A stretch of DNA of 64,000 bases from the IMG/VR virus record IMGVR_UViG_3300023184_000076, positions 1 to 64,000 of that record; one strand, written 5' to 3'. The notes below the pieces were generated by a model. It had not been told where the DNA came from and searched no databases. It saw only the letters and a list, made by a program, of their open reading frames with translations. The translations under genes and the position numbers were made by a program. Origin of the DNA: a virus. Lineage: Duplodnaviria > Heunggongvirae > Uroviricota > Caudoviricetes. Of this stretch, positions 45,920 through 54,670 are shown in pieces. Position 1 is the stretch's first letter. Every line of letters starts with the position of its first letter.

Positions 45920-46052
45920 ACCCCCCTTGGTACCAAGAGGGGAGTGTAGTTTCATCTTATCGCCAGGACAAGATTGAGGATTTTCACCTAGAGAACATCG
46001 TGTCTCATTCCGCCGAGTTGTAAGGGTAATCTCGGTTCAACCCTTTTCGTTT
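45920..46052 (-). ncRNA. candidate small non-coding RNA (~130 nt), GC-rich island with own promoter motif and intrinsic terminator
   Basis: No ORF on either strand. TATATTTG motif at 46059-46066 (minus sense) upstream. Hairpin CCCCTCTTGGTACCAAGGGGGG plus U-run at 45921-45942 downstream. GC-rich relative to flanks. Confidence 0.4.
45921..45942. terminator. hairpin CCCCCCTTGGtaCCAAGAGGGG, bidirectional (ends + gene 45493..45912 and the minus-strand candidate sRNA)
   Basis: GC stem flanked by A-run/T-run. Confidence 0.55.
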
Positions 46053-46058
46053 GTCTTA

Positions 46059-46066
46059 CAAATATA
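46059..46066 (-). promoter_or_regulatory. TATATTTG motif upstream of candidate sRNA
   Basis: No ORF downstream; terminator about 120 nt downstream. Confidence 0.4.
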
Positions 46067-46078
46067 TATCTTTTTTAC

Positions 46079-46366
46079 TTACAAACCTAACAATTCACCA
46101 ACTTTTTTAAAATGTTTTTCAATTTTGTTCAAAGCTGCGGTCGCTTTTTGTTTGGTATCGAAGTACACATAGAACTGACAACTTTCAGAATCAAAATCAC
46201 CATTAATCTTTAATGTGTTTTTAACAAAACTTTCAAAGTCATACGCACTATCCCAATTACGGAATGTGTTTTTGTTTGGGTAACCTGTTAATGTCCATTT
46301 GGCACCTTCCCATGTACCTTTGTCAATTGATAACCCTACGTTCTTGATTGTCTCTGTGTTTGTCAT
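46079..46366 (-). CDS. hypothetical protein; start moved to MTNTETIKN
   Basis: Promoter motif lies inside the longer track ORF. Confidence 0.5.
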   Translation of the reverse strand: MTNTETIKNVGLSIDKGTWEGAKWTLTGYPNKNTFRNWDSAYDFESFVKNTLKINGDFDSESCQFYVYFDTKQKATAALNKIEKHFKKVGELLGL

Positions 46367-46386
46367 AGTTGTTTTGTTTTGTTCTA

Positions 46387-46394
46387 CAAATATA
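46387..46394 (-). promoter_or_regulatory. TATATTTG motif upstream of 46079..46366
   Basis: 22 nt from ATG. Confidence 0.4.
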
Positions 46395-46424
46395 TAACAT
46401 TTATCCCAACCCACAAAATCTTTT

Positions 46425-46877
46425 TTAAATAAAATTATCTTCGTGTGTAAAACCCGCAGAATCAACCTTAGGTCCATTATCAATTAACATTTCAACTTTG
46501 ATCTCACCATCAACTAATCTTGACACAGAACAGAACTCAATTTCAACATCATCTTCAATATTTTTTTTGAATTCATTGTATTGGTCCTCATTTTCAAATG
46601 ACCCACATTGATTTGCGGGTGATTGATAAACTTTTAAACGGTAAGAACCAAATGGATTTTTAAGTTCCGAAACTTCATATATAAGATTGTCAAATTTATA
46701 ATTTTCAGTACCATCTTCAGTTATAAATTTCCCATTCTCATCTCTTTTTAATGTTTGAGAATAATGGTATCCACAATTATTACAATTCACATAATCTTCC
46801 CCCGTTTTATAATAAAAGTCGCTAAACGCCTCTTGTTTACAATTTGGACATTCAATATAATCAATTACACTTCCCAT
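46425..46877 (-). CDS. zinc-ribbon protein (CPNCK...CNNCGY)
   Basis: CxxC...CxxC N-terminus. Confidence 0.5.
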   Translation of the reverse strand: MGSVIDYIECPNCKQEAFSDFYYKTGEDYVNCNNCGYHYSQTLKRDENGKFITEDGTENYKFDNLIYEVSELKNPFGSYRLKVYQSPANQCGSFENEDQYNEFKKNIEDDVEIEFCSVSRLVDGEIKVEMLIDNGPKVDSAGFTHEDNFI

Positions 46878-46889
46878 GTTTTTTATTTT

Positions 46890-47690
46890 TTATAAGTAAT
46901 CAAATAGTTCTGAACTTTCATTTCTCAATCTTCTAAGGGCTCTTTCCTTGATCTGTCTAACTCGTTCTTTAGTTAAACCAAAGTCACCCCCAATATCTTC
47001 AAGTGTTCTTGGTGTTCCACTTAACCCGAAGTAATCCTCAATGATCACTTTCTCTCTGTCATCTAACACATTCAATAAAGATAATAATTTGTCTTTCAAA
47101 ATGTCTTTGGTGTTAAATCCTGCATCAGGAGCAAGTGCGTCAGGGTTTGCAATCATATCAACCAACGTATCACCTTCTTCATTGATTGTCATGTCCAAAT
47201 CAATCATTGATGGTAATGAAGTAAACTTAGACTCTAATTCTTTACCTGTGATCTCAATTTCTTTCTTAGCCTTATGTAAGTCCTGAACAACATTAACAGG
47301 GAGTCTAATTGTTCTTGAATTATCATTTAGTGACTGTATGATCGATTGTTTAACCCACCAAACCGCATATGATATAAAACGTAAATCTTTATGCCAATCA
47401 AAATGTTTAATCGCTTTCATCAAACCTAAATTACCCTCAGCAATAAGATCAGATAAATCTAAACCTTGATTTTGATACTGTTTTGCCACCGTAATAACAA
47501 AACGTAAATTACCAACTAATAACTCAGACTCAATTTGTTCTCTCTCACGTTTTGAAGTGTCCTCAGACTTCATCTTAAGAGCAAGTTCTTTCTCTCTGTC
47601 AGGTGTCATTACTTTTATTCTACGAATATCTTTCAGATAGTGTTGAATCTCTTCTTGATTAATTGGAATCCCTAGGTTTTTGTCTTTCAT
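46890..47690 (-). CDS. RNA polymerase sigma-70 family factor
   Basis: Region 2 (GNLGLMKAIKHFDWHKDLRFISYAVWWVKQSI) and region 4.2 HTH (LEDIGGDFGLTKERVRQIKERALRRLR). Confidence 0.85.
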   Translation of the reverse strand: MKDKNLGIPINQEEIQHYLKDIRRIKVMTPDREKELALKMKSEDTSKREREQIESELLVGNLRFVITVAKQYQNQGLDLSDLIAEGNLGLMKAIKHFDWHKDLRFISYAVWWVKQSIIQSLNDNSRTIRLPVNVVQDLHKAKKEIEITGKELESKFTSLPSMIDLDMTINEEGDTLVDMIANPDALAPDAGFNTKDILKDKLLSLLNVLDDREKVIIEDYFGLSGTPRTLEDIGGDFGLTKERVRQIKERALRRLRNESSELFDYL

Positions 47691-47698
47691 ATTTTTAA

Positions 47699-48223
47699 TT
47701 AATAGTTTTTTGAATATTCGTCTAATTTACTTTTTTCTTCTTTAGTTAATGAATCTATACCTTGTGAAGTGATTTTATCCAAAAGTTCGTCCATTGTCAA
47801 TTCACATTCTTTTTTGGGTAAAAATTTCATTATCGTATCTGATATACGATTGAATTCTTCTCCACCCTCAGTTTCCAAGTTGAACTCAATCTTTTTTGGT
47901 GGTGTTTGTTTTTTCTTATTAGTATTCCTTAACGTAAGTAAATGTAATAAGTTGTCTTGATCAAAGTTAGATGCGATATTTTTAGTCTTTTGATTTAATA
48001 AATAATTAAAATTACTGTATTCGGCGGACACTAAACATAAAAAGTCATCAATCTCATCAACCGAGAAATCACTTGCAAAGTGGTAAATTGCGTGTTTATC
48101 ACCAAACATATATTTAACTTGATTTGATGACATAATCTTTGATAACTCAGCCCCAATGTTTTCAGTTGTTACATCGGGGGTTTTCATATCTTCATTGTGG
48201 TATACAAAAAGTAAGTAATTCAT
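47699..48223 (-). CDS. hypothetical protein (174 aa) immediately upstream of the sigma factor
   Basis: ORF with own promoter motif. Confidence 0.55.
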   Translation of the reverse strand: MNYLLFVYHNEDMKTPDVTTENIGAELSKIMSSNQVKYMFGDKHAIYHFASDFSVDEIDDFLCLVSAEYSNFNYLLNQKTKNIASNFDQDNLLHLLTLRNTNKKKQTPPKKIEFNLETEGGEEFNRISDTIMKFLPKKECELTMDELLDKITSQGIDSLTKEEKSKLDEYSKNY

Positions 48224-48244
48224 ATCTTAATTTTAATTGTTCTA

Positions 48245-48252
48245 CAAATATA
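48245..48252 (-). promoter_or_regulatory. TATATTTG motif upstream of 47699..48223 (and thereby the sigma factor gene)
   Basis: 22 nt from ATG. Confidence 0.4.
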
Positions 48253-48269
48253 CAGATAAAATCCTATTC

Positions 48270-50642
48270 CTACAACACTTTCGAAATATTATTTTCTTTT
48301 TTGATCTTAACGATAGTGTCTGCCCATTGACTAACCATTGGGTTATGGGTTATAACAAAGATTTTTTCAAAATAATCTTTAATCTTAATAAAGAACTCAG
48401 ATACCATTTCTAAGTTATCATTACTAATTTTACCAAAAACCTCATCAAAAACAACTATGTTTGGTTTTGGTAATGAACATACCTTACTCAATACCGATCT
48501 TAACGCTAGTGACGCAATTGTTCTTTCGTAACCAGATCCTGACACCATTAATTTTTCAATACCACTACTATTATCAATCATTAAGAATTCAACTTCGTTC
48601 TTATCGTTAATCCTAATTTCCAATTTGAAGTAACAACTATCCTCCATCAATCTTTGCAACTCAGAATTAATTAAAGGCATCATTGTTTTCATAATAATTT
48701 TTGATAGTCCGTTCTTACCAAAGGCCTCCATGTATATTTTATAAATTCTTTCCTTCTCCTCCTCCTCTTTGATCTTAACAATTAACTTTTTATTGTTATC
48801 AATTTTATCATTACAAGTTTTGATTTGATATTCATTATTTGTAATGATGGTGTTTTTTTGTTTCTTTAGGTGTTCAAGTTCATCTAACCTTAAGTCAGCC
48901 TTAATCAACATTGAATCGATCTGAGTATTCTCTTTAATCTTATCTTGAACATCACCCCAACGATCCAACTTACCTTTTAAAGACCCAATCTTCAAATCAC
49001 AACTTTCAATACTTAATTCGTATTTTTCTTTGATTAGTTTGTTTTTTTCATACTCGTCAAAGTCTTTTTTAAGTTGTACAAATGCCTGCTCTTTGATGGT
49101 TAAATCCTTCATTAACCCCACTTTTTGGTCTTTATGCATGATATAACCATCAAGTTCCGCAATTTTTTGCTGGGTAATTGATGCGTTCATTAACTCAATT
49201 CCACAATGTTCACATTTAATACCATCACTCACAGAACTCTTCAATTTCTCAATTTCTTTGATCTGTGTTTCAAGTTCAATTTTAGATTTGAACACGTCAT
49301 TGTATTCCTCTTTAATTTTATCGTGATCATCTTCATGATAAAATTCCTTTGGTTCAACAACTTTAAGTTCATCTAACTTTTGTTGGAACGTTGTTTTCTC
49401 TCTACCAAAACCATCGATTTCTTCTTGAGTCTTAATCGGGTTCATCAAACTGATTTCCTTATCAATGTCTCCGTGTTTCTTCTTCAACATATCATCACGA
49501 TACTCTTTTCCCTTAACAATTTTATCATCAATATCGTTAAGTTCCAATTTGGTCGAATCAATTTGATCATTTAATTCACCGATTTTTGTTGTTAAAGATT
49601 CGTTGTCCGTTTTTAATTCTTCCGAATTATAAATGTTAGACATCTTTGATTTATTAAATTCAGAATAAATCTCTTTACCAACTTCCTCTTTCCGTTTTAA
49701 AAACTCAAGTCCCATAAATCTTGACAACACCTGTCCTCTTGCGGTTGGTTTTGACTCCAATAACTCCTCAAGATTAGTTGCGGTTGTAAGTATGGTCATT
49801 AAGAAATCTTCTTTGGTCCCAATGGAATTTTTAATGAACGCTTCAGTTTCCCTTCTTTGTTCCCCCGTGAAATTCTGTAAACTACCATCAGACATTTTTT
49901 TAAAAAAGTCCAATTCTGTTTTTACATTCCATTCTCCTTTTTTAGAAAGTTTTCTTTCGATCTTTCTAAGGATAATGTAATCTTCACCATCAATTGTGAC
50001 TTCACCTTTAACAACTACCGAGTCTTTATCGGTAAATCGATTAAAGATTTCTTCAGCCTTTGTAGTCTTTGTTGTCTCATTAAAAAATAAAAACAACAAT
50101 AAATCCACAGAAAGAACGGTCTTCCCACCAAAGTTAGGCGGATCTGATTCAACGACAACGACTCCGTTACATTTATCAAAATCCATTCTTTGGTTCTCAC
50201 CATACGATAAGAAGTTAGAAAACTCGATGTTTCTGATATACCACTTTTTGAATTGTGTTGTTTCAGTTTCATCCTCTTTCATTCGGTTCTCAACCATTCT
50301 GTTAATACCTAAGATATCTTCAGAATAGTTTGTGTACCCTTTAGACTCCAAAAATTTCTTTAATAGATCAAGTTGATAATTAACATCAGTTACGTTAACG
50401 GACACATCAACGCTTTGCATTGTATCTGTGTCAACGTTTTTAACCTTTGTTAATACATTCACATTGGTAGTGTTATATTTCTTTTGGAAATAATGTTTAA
50501 CACTCTTAATCTTATCTTGTGTGAAATTTTCTTGTAGATCTTCCCACACAACTTGTATTGTTGGGTTCTCGTACTTTGAAAAGTCTAAATCTTTTATCAT
50601 TATATTGTAATTAAATAATTTTGGTGGGTTGAACAGGTCCAT
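48270..50642 (-). CDS. sbcC: SbcC/Rad50-like ATPase
   Basis: N-terminal P-loop (PNFGGKT), long coiled coil with central CxxC zinc hook (KCEHCG), C-terminal signature/Walker B/H-loop (SGSGYERT, IVVFDEVF, VITHN). Confidence 0.7.
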   Translation of the reverse strand: MDLFNPPKLFNYNIMIKDLDFSKYENPTIQVVWEDLQENFTQDKIKSVKHYFQKKYNTTNVNVLTKVKNVDTDTMQSVDVSVNVTDVNYQLDLLKKFLESKGYTNYSEDILGINRMVENRMKEDETETTQFKKWYIRNIEFSNFLSYGENQRMDFDKCNGVVVVESDPPNFGGKTVLSVDLLLFLFFNETTKTTKAEEIFNRFTDKDSVVVKGEVTIDGEDYIILRKIERKLSKKGEWNVKTELDFFKKMSDGSLQNFTGEQRRETEAFIKNSIGTKEDFLMTILTTATNLEELLESKPTARGQVLSRFMGLEFLKRKEEVGKEIYSEFNKSKMSNIYNSEELKTDNESLTTKIGELNDQIDSTKLELNDIDDKIVKGKEYRDDMLKKKHGDIDKEISLMNPIKTQEEIDGFGREKTTFQQKLDELKVVEPKEFYHEDDHDKIKEEYNDVFKSKIELETQIKEIEKLKSSVSDGIKCEHCGIELMNASITQQKIAELDGYIMHKDQKVGLMKDLTIKEQAFVQLKKDFDEYEKNKLIKEKYELSIESCDLKIGSLKGKLDRWGDVQDKIKENTQIDSMLIKADLRLDELEHLKKQKNTIITNNEYQIKTCNDKIDNNKKLIVKIKEEEEKERIYKIYMEAFGKNGLSKIIMKTMMPLINSELQRLMEDSCYFKLEIRINDKNEVEFLMIDNSSGIEKLMVSGSGYERTIASLALRSVLSKVCSLPKPNIVVFDEVFGKISNDNLEMVSEFFIKIKDYFEKIFVITHNPMVSQWADTIVKIKKENNISKVL

Positions 50643-50645
50643 TCA

Positions 50646-50945
50646 TTATTTTTGTTCTTCTTCTGTCGTGCCAACATTAATAGGTAATTCCTCATCATTA
50701 CCCATAATTAATTCAGGGTGGTTTTCTTTAAAATTAACAATTGAATCTAAATGTTCTTTTTCAAAAACTTCAAATGGTACCGTATCACCGGATAAATTCA
50801 CATCTAAACCATCACCATTTTTTAATTTTTCTATTTGTTCCTCCATTAACTTATCAAACGCTTTTTGCATTCCTGATTTTTCCTGAGCGATACGTTTATT
50901 TCTTTTTGCAACTTTTGCTCTGTGTTCTTTTGCCCTTTTTCCCAT
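50646..50945 (-). CDS. hypothetical basic/acidic protein (99 aa)
   Basis: ORF. Confidence 0.45.
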   Translation of the reverse strand: MGKRAKEHRAKVAKRNKRIAQEKSGMQKAFDKLMEEQIEKLKNGDGLDVNLSGDTVPFEVFEKEHLDSIVNFKENHPELIMGNDEELPINVGTTEEEQK

Positions 50946-50959
50946 TTTTATATTTGTTT

Positions 50960-51313
50960 TTAATTATTATTCGGTCTATTTTCCTCAAACCATTCGATTA
51001 TACCATTGATTGCCCATACTGATCCTGCGGACAACATACCATCAAAGAATACGGATAAAAACTTATTAAGTCCAATGAATTCATGAGACGGTGAAAAATA
51101 TAATAAAGATAATATAAAACCAACCCAAGTCCCTGTACATAACATACAAGATATCAAATCCGATATGAACTTGAACGTTGGTCTAGTTAATCGATATCCG
51201 TCCTCACTACCCGCAATTTTAATTTTATTTCTTAATCCATTAAAGATGGATCCGTACACTAAGATTGTGGTCATTCCGTAAGCCACAATCATAAACATTA
51301 TTAATTGTATCAT
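50960..51313 (-). CDS. multi-TM membrane protein (117 aa)
   Basis: Hydrophobic. Confidence 0.5.
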   Translation of the reverse strand: MIQLIMFMIVAYGMTTILVYGSIFNGLRNKIKIAGSEDGYRLTRPTFKFISDLISCMLCTGTWVGFILSLLYFSPSHEFIGLNKFLSVFFDGMLSAGSVWAINGIIEWFEENRPNNN

Positions 51314-52023
51314 ATTCTACTATTTAAATTGGAACCTTTCATATAAGTGGCACTTTGTAGATTTGCCGTTCTTTGTAGTTCCTGGTTTATTTTTTCTAAT
51401 TCAGTTATTCTTTCGTTTTTCAAGGATAAGTCATTTCTTAGATTCTGTAAAGTCGTTGACATCATTTTTAATTTTTCACTTGATTTATCCACCTCAATAA
51501 TCTTTTCAACCTCCACTATTTTTTCAATTTCAACAGGTGGTTTGTCTAAAACAATGTCTAAATTACGTCTAAGTTCGTCTAACTTTTCATCTTTTTTAGA
51601 TATTTCTTTTTCCAACTGTTCGATTTTTCCGAACAGTTCATTTTCAGAATCTTTGTCACAAATATATTCAACTTTTGTGACAACTTTCTCAACTGGAACT
51701 TCTTTGATTACTTCAACAGGAACCTCAACTATTTTTTCTACTTCTTTGATTACTTCAACAGGGACTTCCACACGTATTTCTCGGATTACCTCAATTTCCA
51801 CACGTTTTTCACCAATCCCGTCCGTTTTTAAGTCTTTTTCACCTTCATTAAGTGTTTCTCCCAAAAAACCAAACTTCTTAATGTCAAACCCCTGTTTGAA
51901 ACAAAGGTAAATGAAGTCGTCCTTGTCCTCAATATTGTTTGCATCACAAAATGCAGACACTGCCTGCATTATTGATTTATTAAATATTTTGGAGTCTTTC
52001 TGTTCCATTCTCAATATCTTCAA
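51310..52023 (-). CDS. coiled-coil protein with (V/I)E(V/K)(I/P)VEV repeats
   Basis: EVIREIRVEVPVEVIKEVEKIVEVPVEVIKEVPVEK. Confidence 0.5.
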   Translation of the reverse strand: MKILRMEQKDSKIFNKSIMQAVSAFCDANNIEDKDDFIYLCFKQGFDIKKFGFLGETLNEGEKDLKTDGIGEKRVEIEVIREIRVEVPVEVIKEVEKIVEVPVEVIKEVPVEKVVTKVEYICDKDSENELFGKIEQLEKEISKKDEKLDELRRNLDIVLDKPPVEIEKIVEVEKIIEVDKSSEKLKMMSTTLQNLRNDLSLKNERITELEKINQELQRTANLQSATYMKGSNLNSRI

Positions 52024-52759
52024 ATGATTTAATGGAAAACTTCAAAAATGGTTTTGGATTAGGTAAATCAACATAATCATATTCCTTTGTTTCAACATCG
52101 TATATACCATATCCGTGTCTACCTATACTTTCACCAATGTTATTTTGAATGGTTGATCCAATCATATATCCTTTCCCCTCTTTAATTTGAAACTCAGCTC
52201 GTTTGTGAATGTCACCACATAAAACAGTTTCCAACCCATCAAACTTTTCAATCTCATATGCCTCCTCACCAAACTCAAATCCAAGATCAGTTTTTAATCC
52301 ATTAATAGGTCCGTGAAATAACCCAATTTTTCTACCTTTACCTTCAATAATGTCAGGAGGAATATTTCCTTGATATTGTGAATATACACACCAACTAATA
52401 TTGTCATCTTCATAAACACCTCTGTCTTTATAATAGACAATATTTTTACTATTCAATGAGTTGATAATCGGAGATAAAGCATCTAACCTATCAGTATTAT
52501 TCACTAAAAAGTCGTGGTTACCAGGAATTATAATTGTCTTGGCAATAAAAGAACATTCCGTTAAAATCCAAGCAACGAACTCAATAAGTTCAGGTGTCAT
52601 TTGGTTTTTAGAGTGAACTAAATCTCCCGTAAATACAATACGATCAGGTTCCAATTCTCTCCATTGTTCAATTGCCTTTTCTAAAATTGAACGGTATAAA
52701 TCGTGATCTTTATATAATCTGATATGTAAATCAGAAAAGTGTATTATTTTTTTAACCAT
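51980..52759 (-). CDS. sbcD: SbcD/Mre11-family nuclease
   Basis: IIHFSDLHI, GDLVHS, GNHD, GDIH metallophosphoesterase motifs. Track start is a TTG; ATG at 52757-52759 used. Confidence 0.75.
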   Translation of the reverse strand: MVKKIIHFSDLHIRLYKDHDLYRSILEKAIEQWRELEPDRIVFTGDLVHSKNQMTPELIEFVAWILTECSFIAKTIIIPGNHDFLVNNTDRLDALSPIINSLNSKNIVYYKDRGVYEDDNISWCVYSQYQGNIPPDIIEGKGRKIGLFHGPINGLKTDLGFEFGEEAYEIEKFDGLETVLCGDIHKRAEFQIKEGKGYMIGSTIQNNIGESIGRHGYGIYDVETKEYDYVDLPNPKPFLKFSIKSFEDIENGTERLQNI

Positions 52760-52760
52760 A

Positions 52761-52988
52761 TTAATCTTCAATGAACATTATTACTTCATTAATTGGGATT
52801 CTAACTTTAGGTCTTCCGTGTCCATTTTTAGGATCCCTTACAAAAACTTCATAAAAACCTTCAGGACAAACTTTTACTGTTGGAGTTTCATTAACTTTTA
52901 ACAAAATAGTGTCATTATCTAATTCAGAATAAAGGACTACCGTTTTTTCAGTTGTATTAAATACTAATTTCATCATTTTCTTATTCAT
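52761..52988 (-). CDS. hypothetical protein (75 aa)
   Basis: ORF. Confidence 0.4.
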   Translation of the reverse strand: MNKKMMKLVFNTTEKTVVLYSELDNDTILLKVNETPTVKVCPEGFYEVFVRDPKNGHGRPKVRIPINEVIMFIED

Positions 52989-53974
52989 CTTTTACTTACT
53001 TTTTTAAGTTCCATAATCAATTTTCTTACTTCACTATCTTTTTTTTCCATAGAACTAACTCTGTCCTCAACGTCTTTATTTTTCTTCAAAATATCCTTTA
53101 ACCTATTCATATCCCAAGGTTTTGGTACATTATTAAACTCCATAAAATCATCAATCAATTCCTCAGTAATTAACTTAGGGTCAGTACCAACTTCATCAAT
53201 AAATTTATCTTTTAAATGTGGCGGAATTACTTTTTGTTTTAACTCTAAATTAATTTCTCCATGTTTACTTACATTTTGTTGAAAATAGTACACCAAATAA
53301 CCAACATCTGCAGGTGATTGATTTGTCACATCAATATCGTAATCTTTTTTAATTACTTCACTACCATCATTATTGTCAATAACCTCAAATAAACCTCTAA
53401 CCAAAATACCTCTAAACCCTTTAGTTTTGTATTCTTCTGGATTATCCAAAACATCATCCAATAACTTATGAATGTCATTTCTCAATGTTTTTTCATTATT
53501 AGTACCTTCAAATAAATCTTGAGCCATTTCGGGTGACCAAGTTAGTAAAATATGTTTTCTTGGTTCAAATGTCATTGGGTCATAAATTGTTGGTCCCATA
53601 GCGGCACCATTCTTAACGGGTTTAATCAATTGACTTGGATCATACATTTCAGGTGTTAGTGCCAATGATAATAGATAACATCTACCTTTAAATTCCATTA
53701 AATCAGACAATTTAATTGTGTTAGGTGTGTAAATTTCACCATTTTTACCTTTAACCAACGGCATTGTTAAAATTTCTAATGAATCACATTTAGTAAATTC
53801 ATCACATTCTTTAATGATGTTTTTATATTTATTCAATTCATCACCATAAAAACAAGTGTCATCAACAAATTTTTCGTTGGTTAAATTTGGATTGTCTCTT
53901 TTACTTATTAATGCAACTTCCAAAAATTCTTTTAATTTCATATTGTATCGTTTAATTTTTATTTTGTTCCACAA
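52985..53974 (-). CDS. hypothetical protein (329 aa)
   Basis: ORF. Confidence 0.55.
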   Translation of the reverse strand: MWNKIKIKRYNMKLKEFLEVALISKRDNPNLTNEKFVDDTCFYGDELNKYKNIIKECDEFTKCDSLEILTMPLVKGKNGEIYTPNTIKLSDLMEFKGRCYLLSLALTPEMYDPSQLIKPVKNGAAMGPTIYDPMTFEPRKHILLTWSPEMAQDLFEGTNNEKTLRNDIHKLLDDVLDNPEEYKTKGFRGILVRGLFEVIDNNDGSEVIKKDYDIDVTNQSPADVGYLVYYFQQNVSKHGEINLELKQKVIPPHLKDKFIDEVGTDPKLITEELIDDFMEFNNVPKPWDMNRLKDILKKNKDVEDRVSSMEKKDSEVRKLIMELKKVSKR

Positions 53975-54198
53975 TAAACTTCATATGGTGGTTTATATGG
54001 ATCGGTATTATTTGGTAATGGATTAACAGGAATTGGTATCATCCAATCAGGTCGTGTTTTTCCACCTAATGATGGTAAATCATCCTTAACCTCTTTCATT
54101 TTATTTTGGATTGATTCAATATCGACCTGTTTAATTGTCGTCCAATCTCTGTTGGTCATAAAACCATCTAACCAAACGTAAAATTCTTTATGTGTCAT
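53959..54198 (-). CDS. hypothetical protein (79 aa)
   Basis: ORF. Confidence 0.4.
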   Translation of the reverse strand: MTHKEFYVWLDGFMTNRDWTTIKQVDIESIQNKMKEVKDDLPSLGGKTRPDWMIPIPVNPLPNNTDPYKPPYEVYCGTK

Positions 54199-54340
54199 AC
54201 TAATTCTCTATTATAAAGGTTTACCAAGATAAGTCTTGCAAATCTAAATTCTCTTACCCTATTTAAATTTAGTCCATAAGCTAAAGCCACACTTTTAAGG
54301 TGTGGGTAAGCCTCACTTATAGTCATTTTACCTATTTCCA

Positions 54341-54559
54341 TTATTCAAAAATTAAAAACTCTTCATTTACGAATCCACAATTATTACACATATATGTCGG
54401 AAACGGTACGATTGTATCGTCAGGACTCCCTGTCAATAATTTAGGTACTTTCTTTAACATAGTTACTTCTTTGAAGAATTTTGATCCACATTCACCACAA
54501 ACAATGGTTGGTTGTTGCCTAAGATCAATCTTAGGTCTTATGATATTGTCATCACTCAT
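54341..54559 (-). CDS. small zinc-ribbon protein (CGECG...CNNCG)
   Basis: Two CxxC pairs. Confidence 0.45.
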   Translation of the reverse strand: MSDDNIIRPKIDLRQQPTIVCGECGSKFFKEVTMLKKVPKLLTGSPDDTIVPFPTYMCNNCGFVNEEFLIFE

Positions 54560-54670
54560 TTTATTATATAATTAATGTTTATTTTAAAAGGTAATTCGTG
54601 ATCCCAACTTGTTGTTGTAACCCAAATCATTTCTATTGAACTTTCCATACGATAATATAGTTTATTTTAT

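Noticed and set aside
45913-46078. Possible tRNA gene in the GC-rich island
   Set aside because: A 7-bp acceptor-like pairing exists but no D-loop GG, no T-loop TTCRA and a non-canonical anticodon arm; kept only as a generic ncRNA candidate
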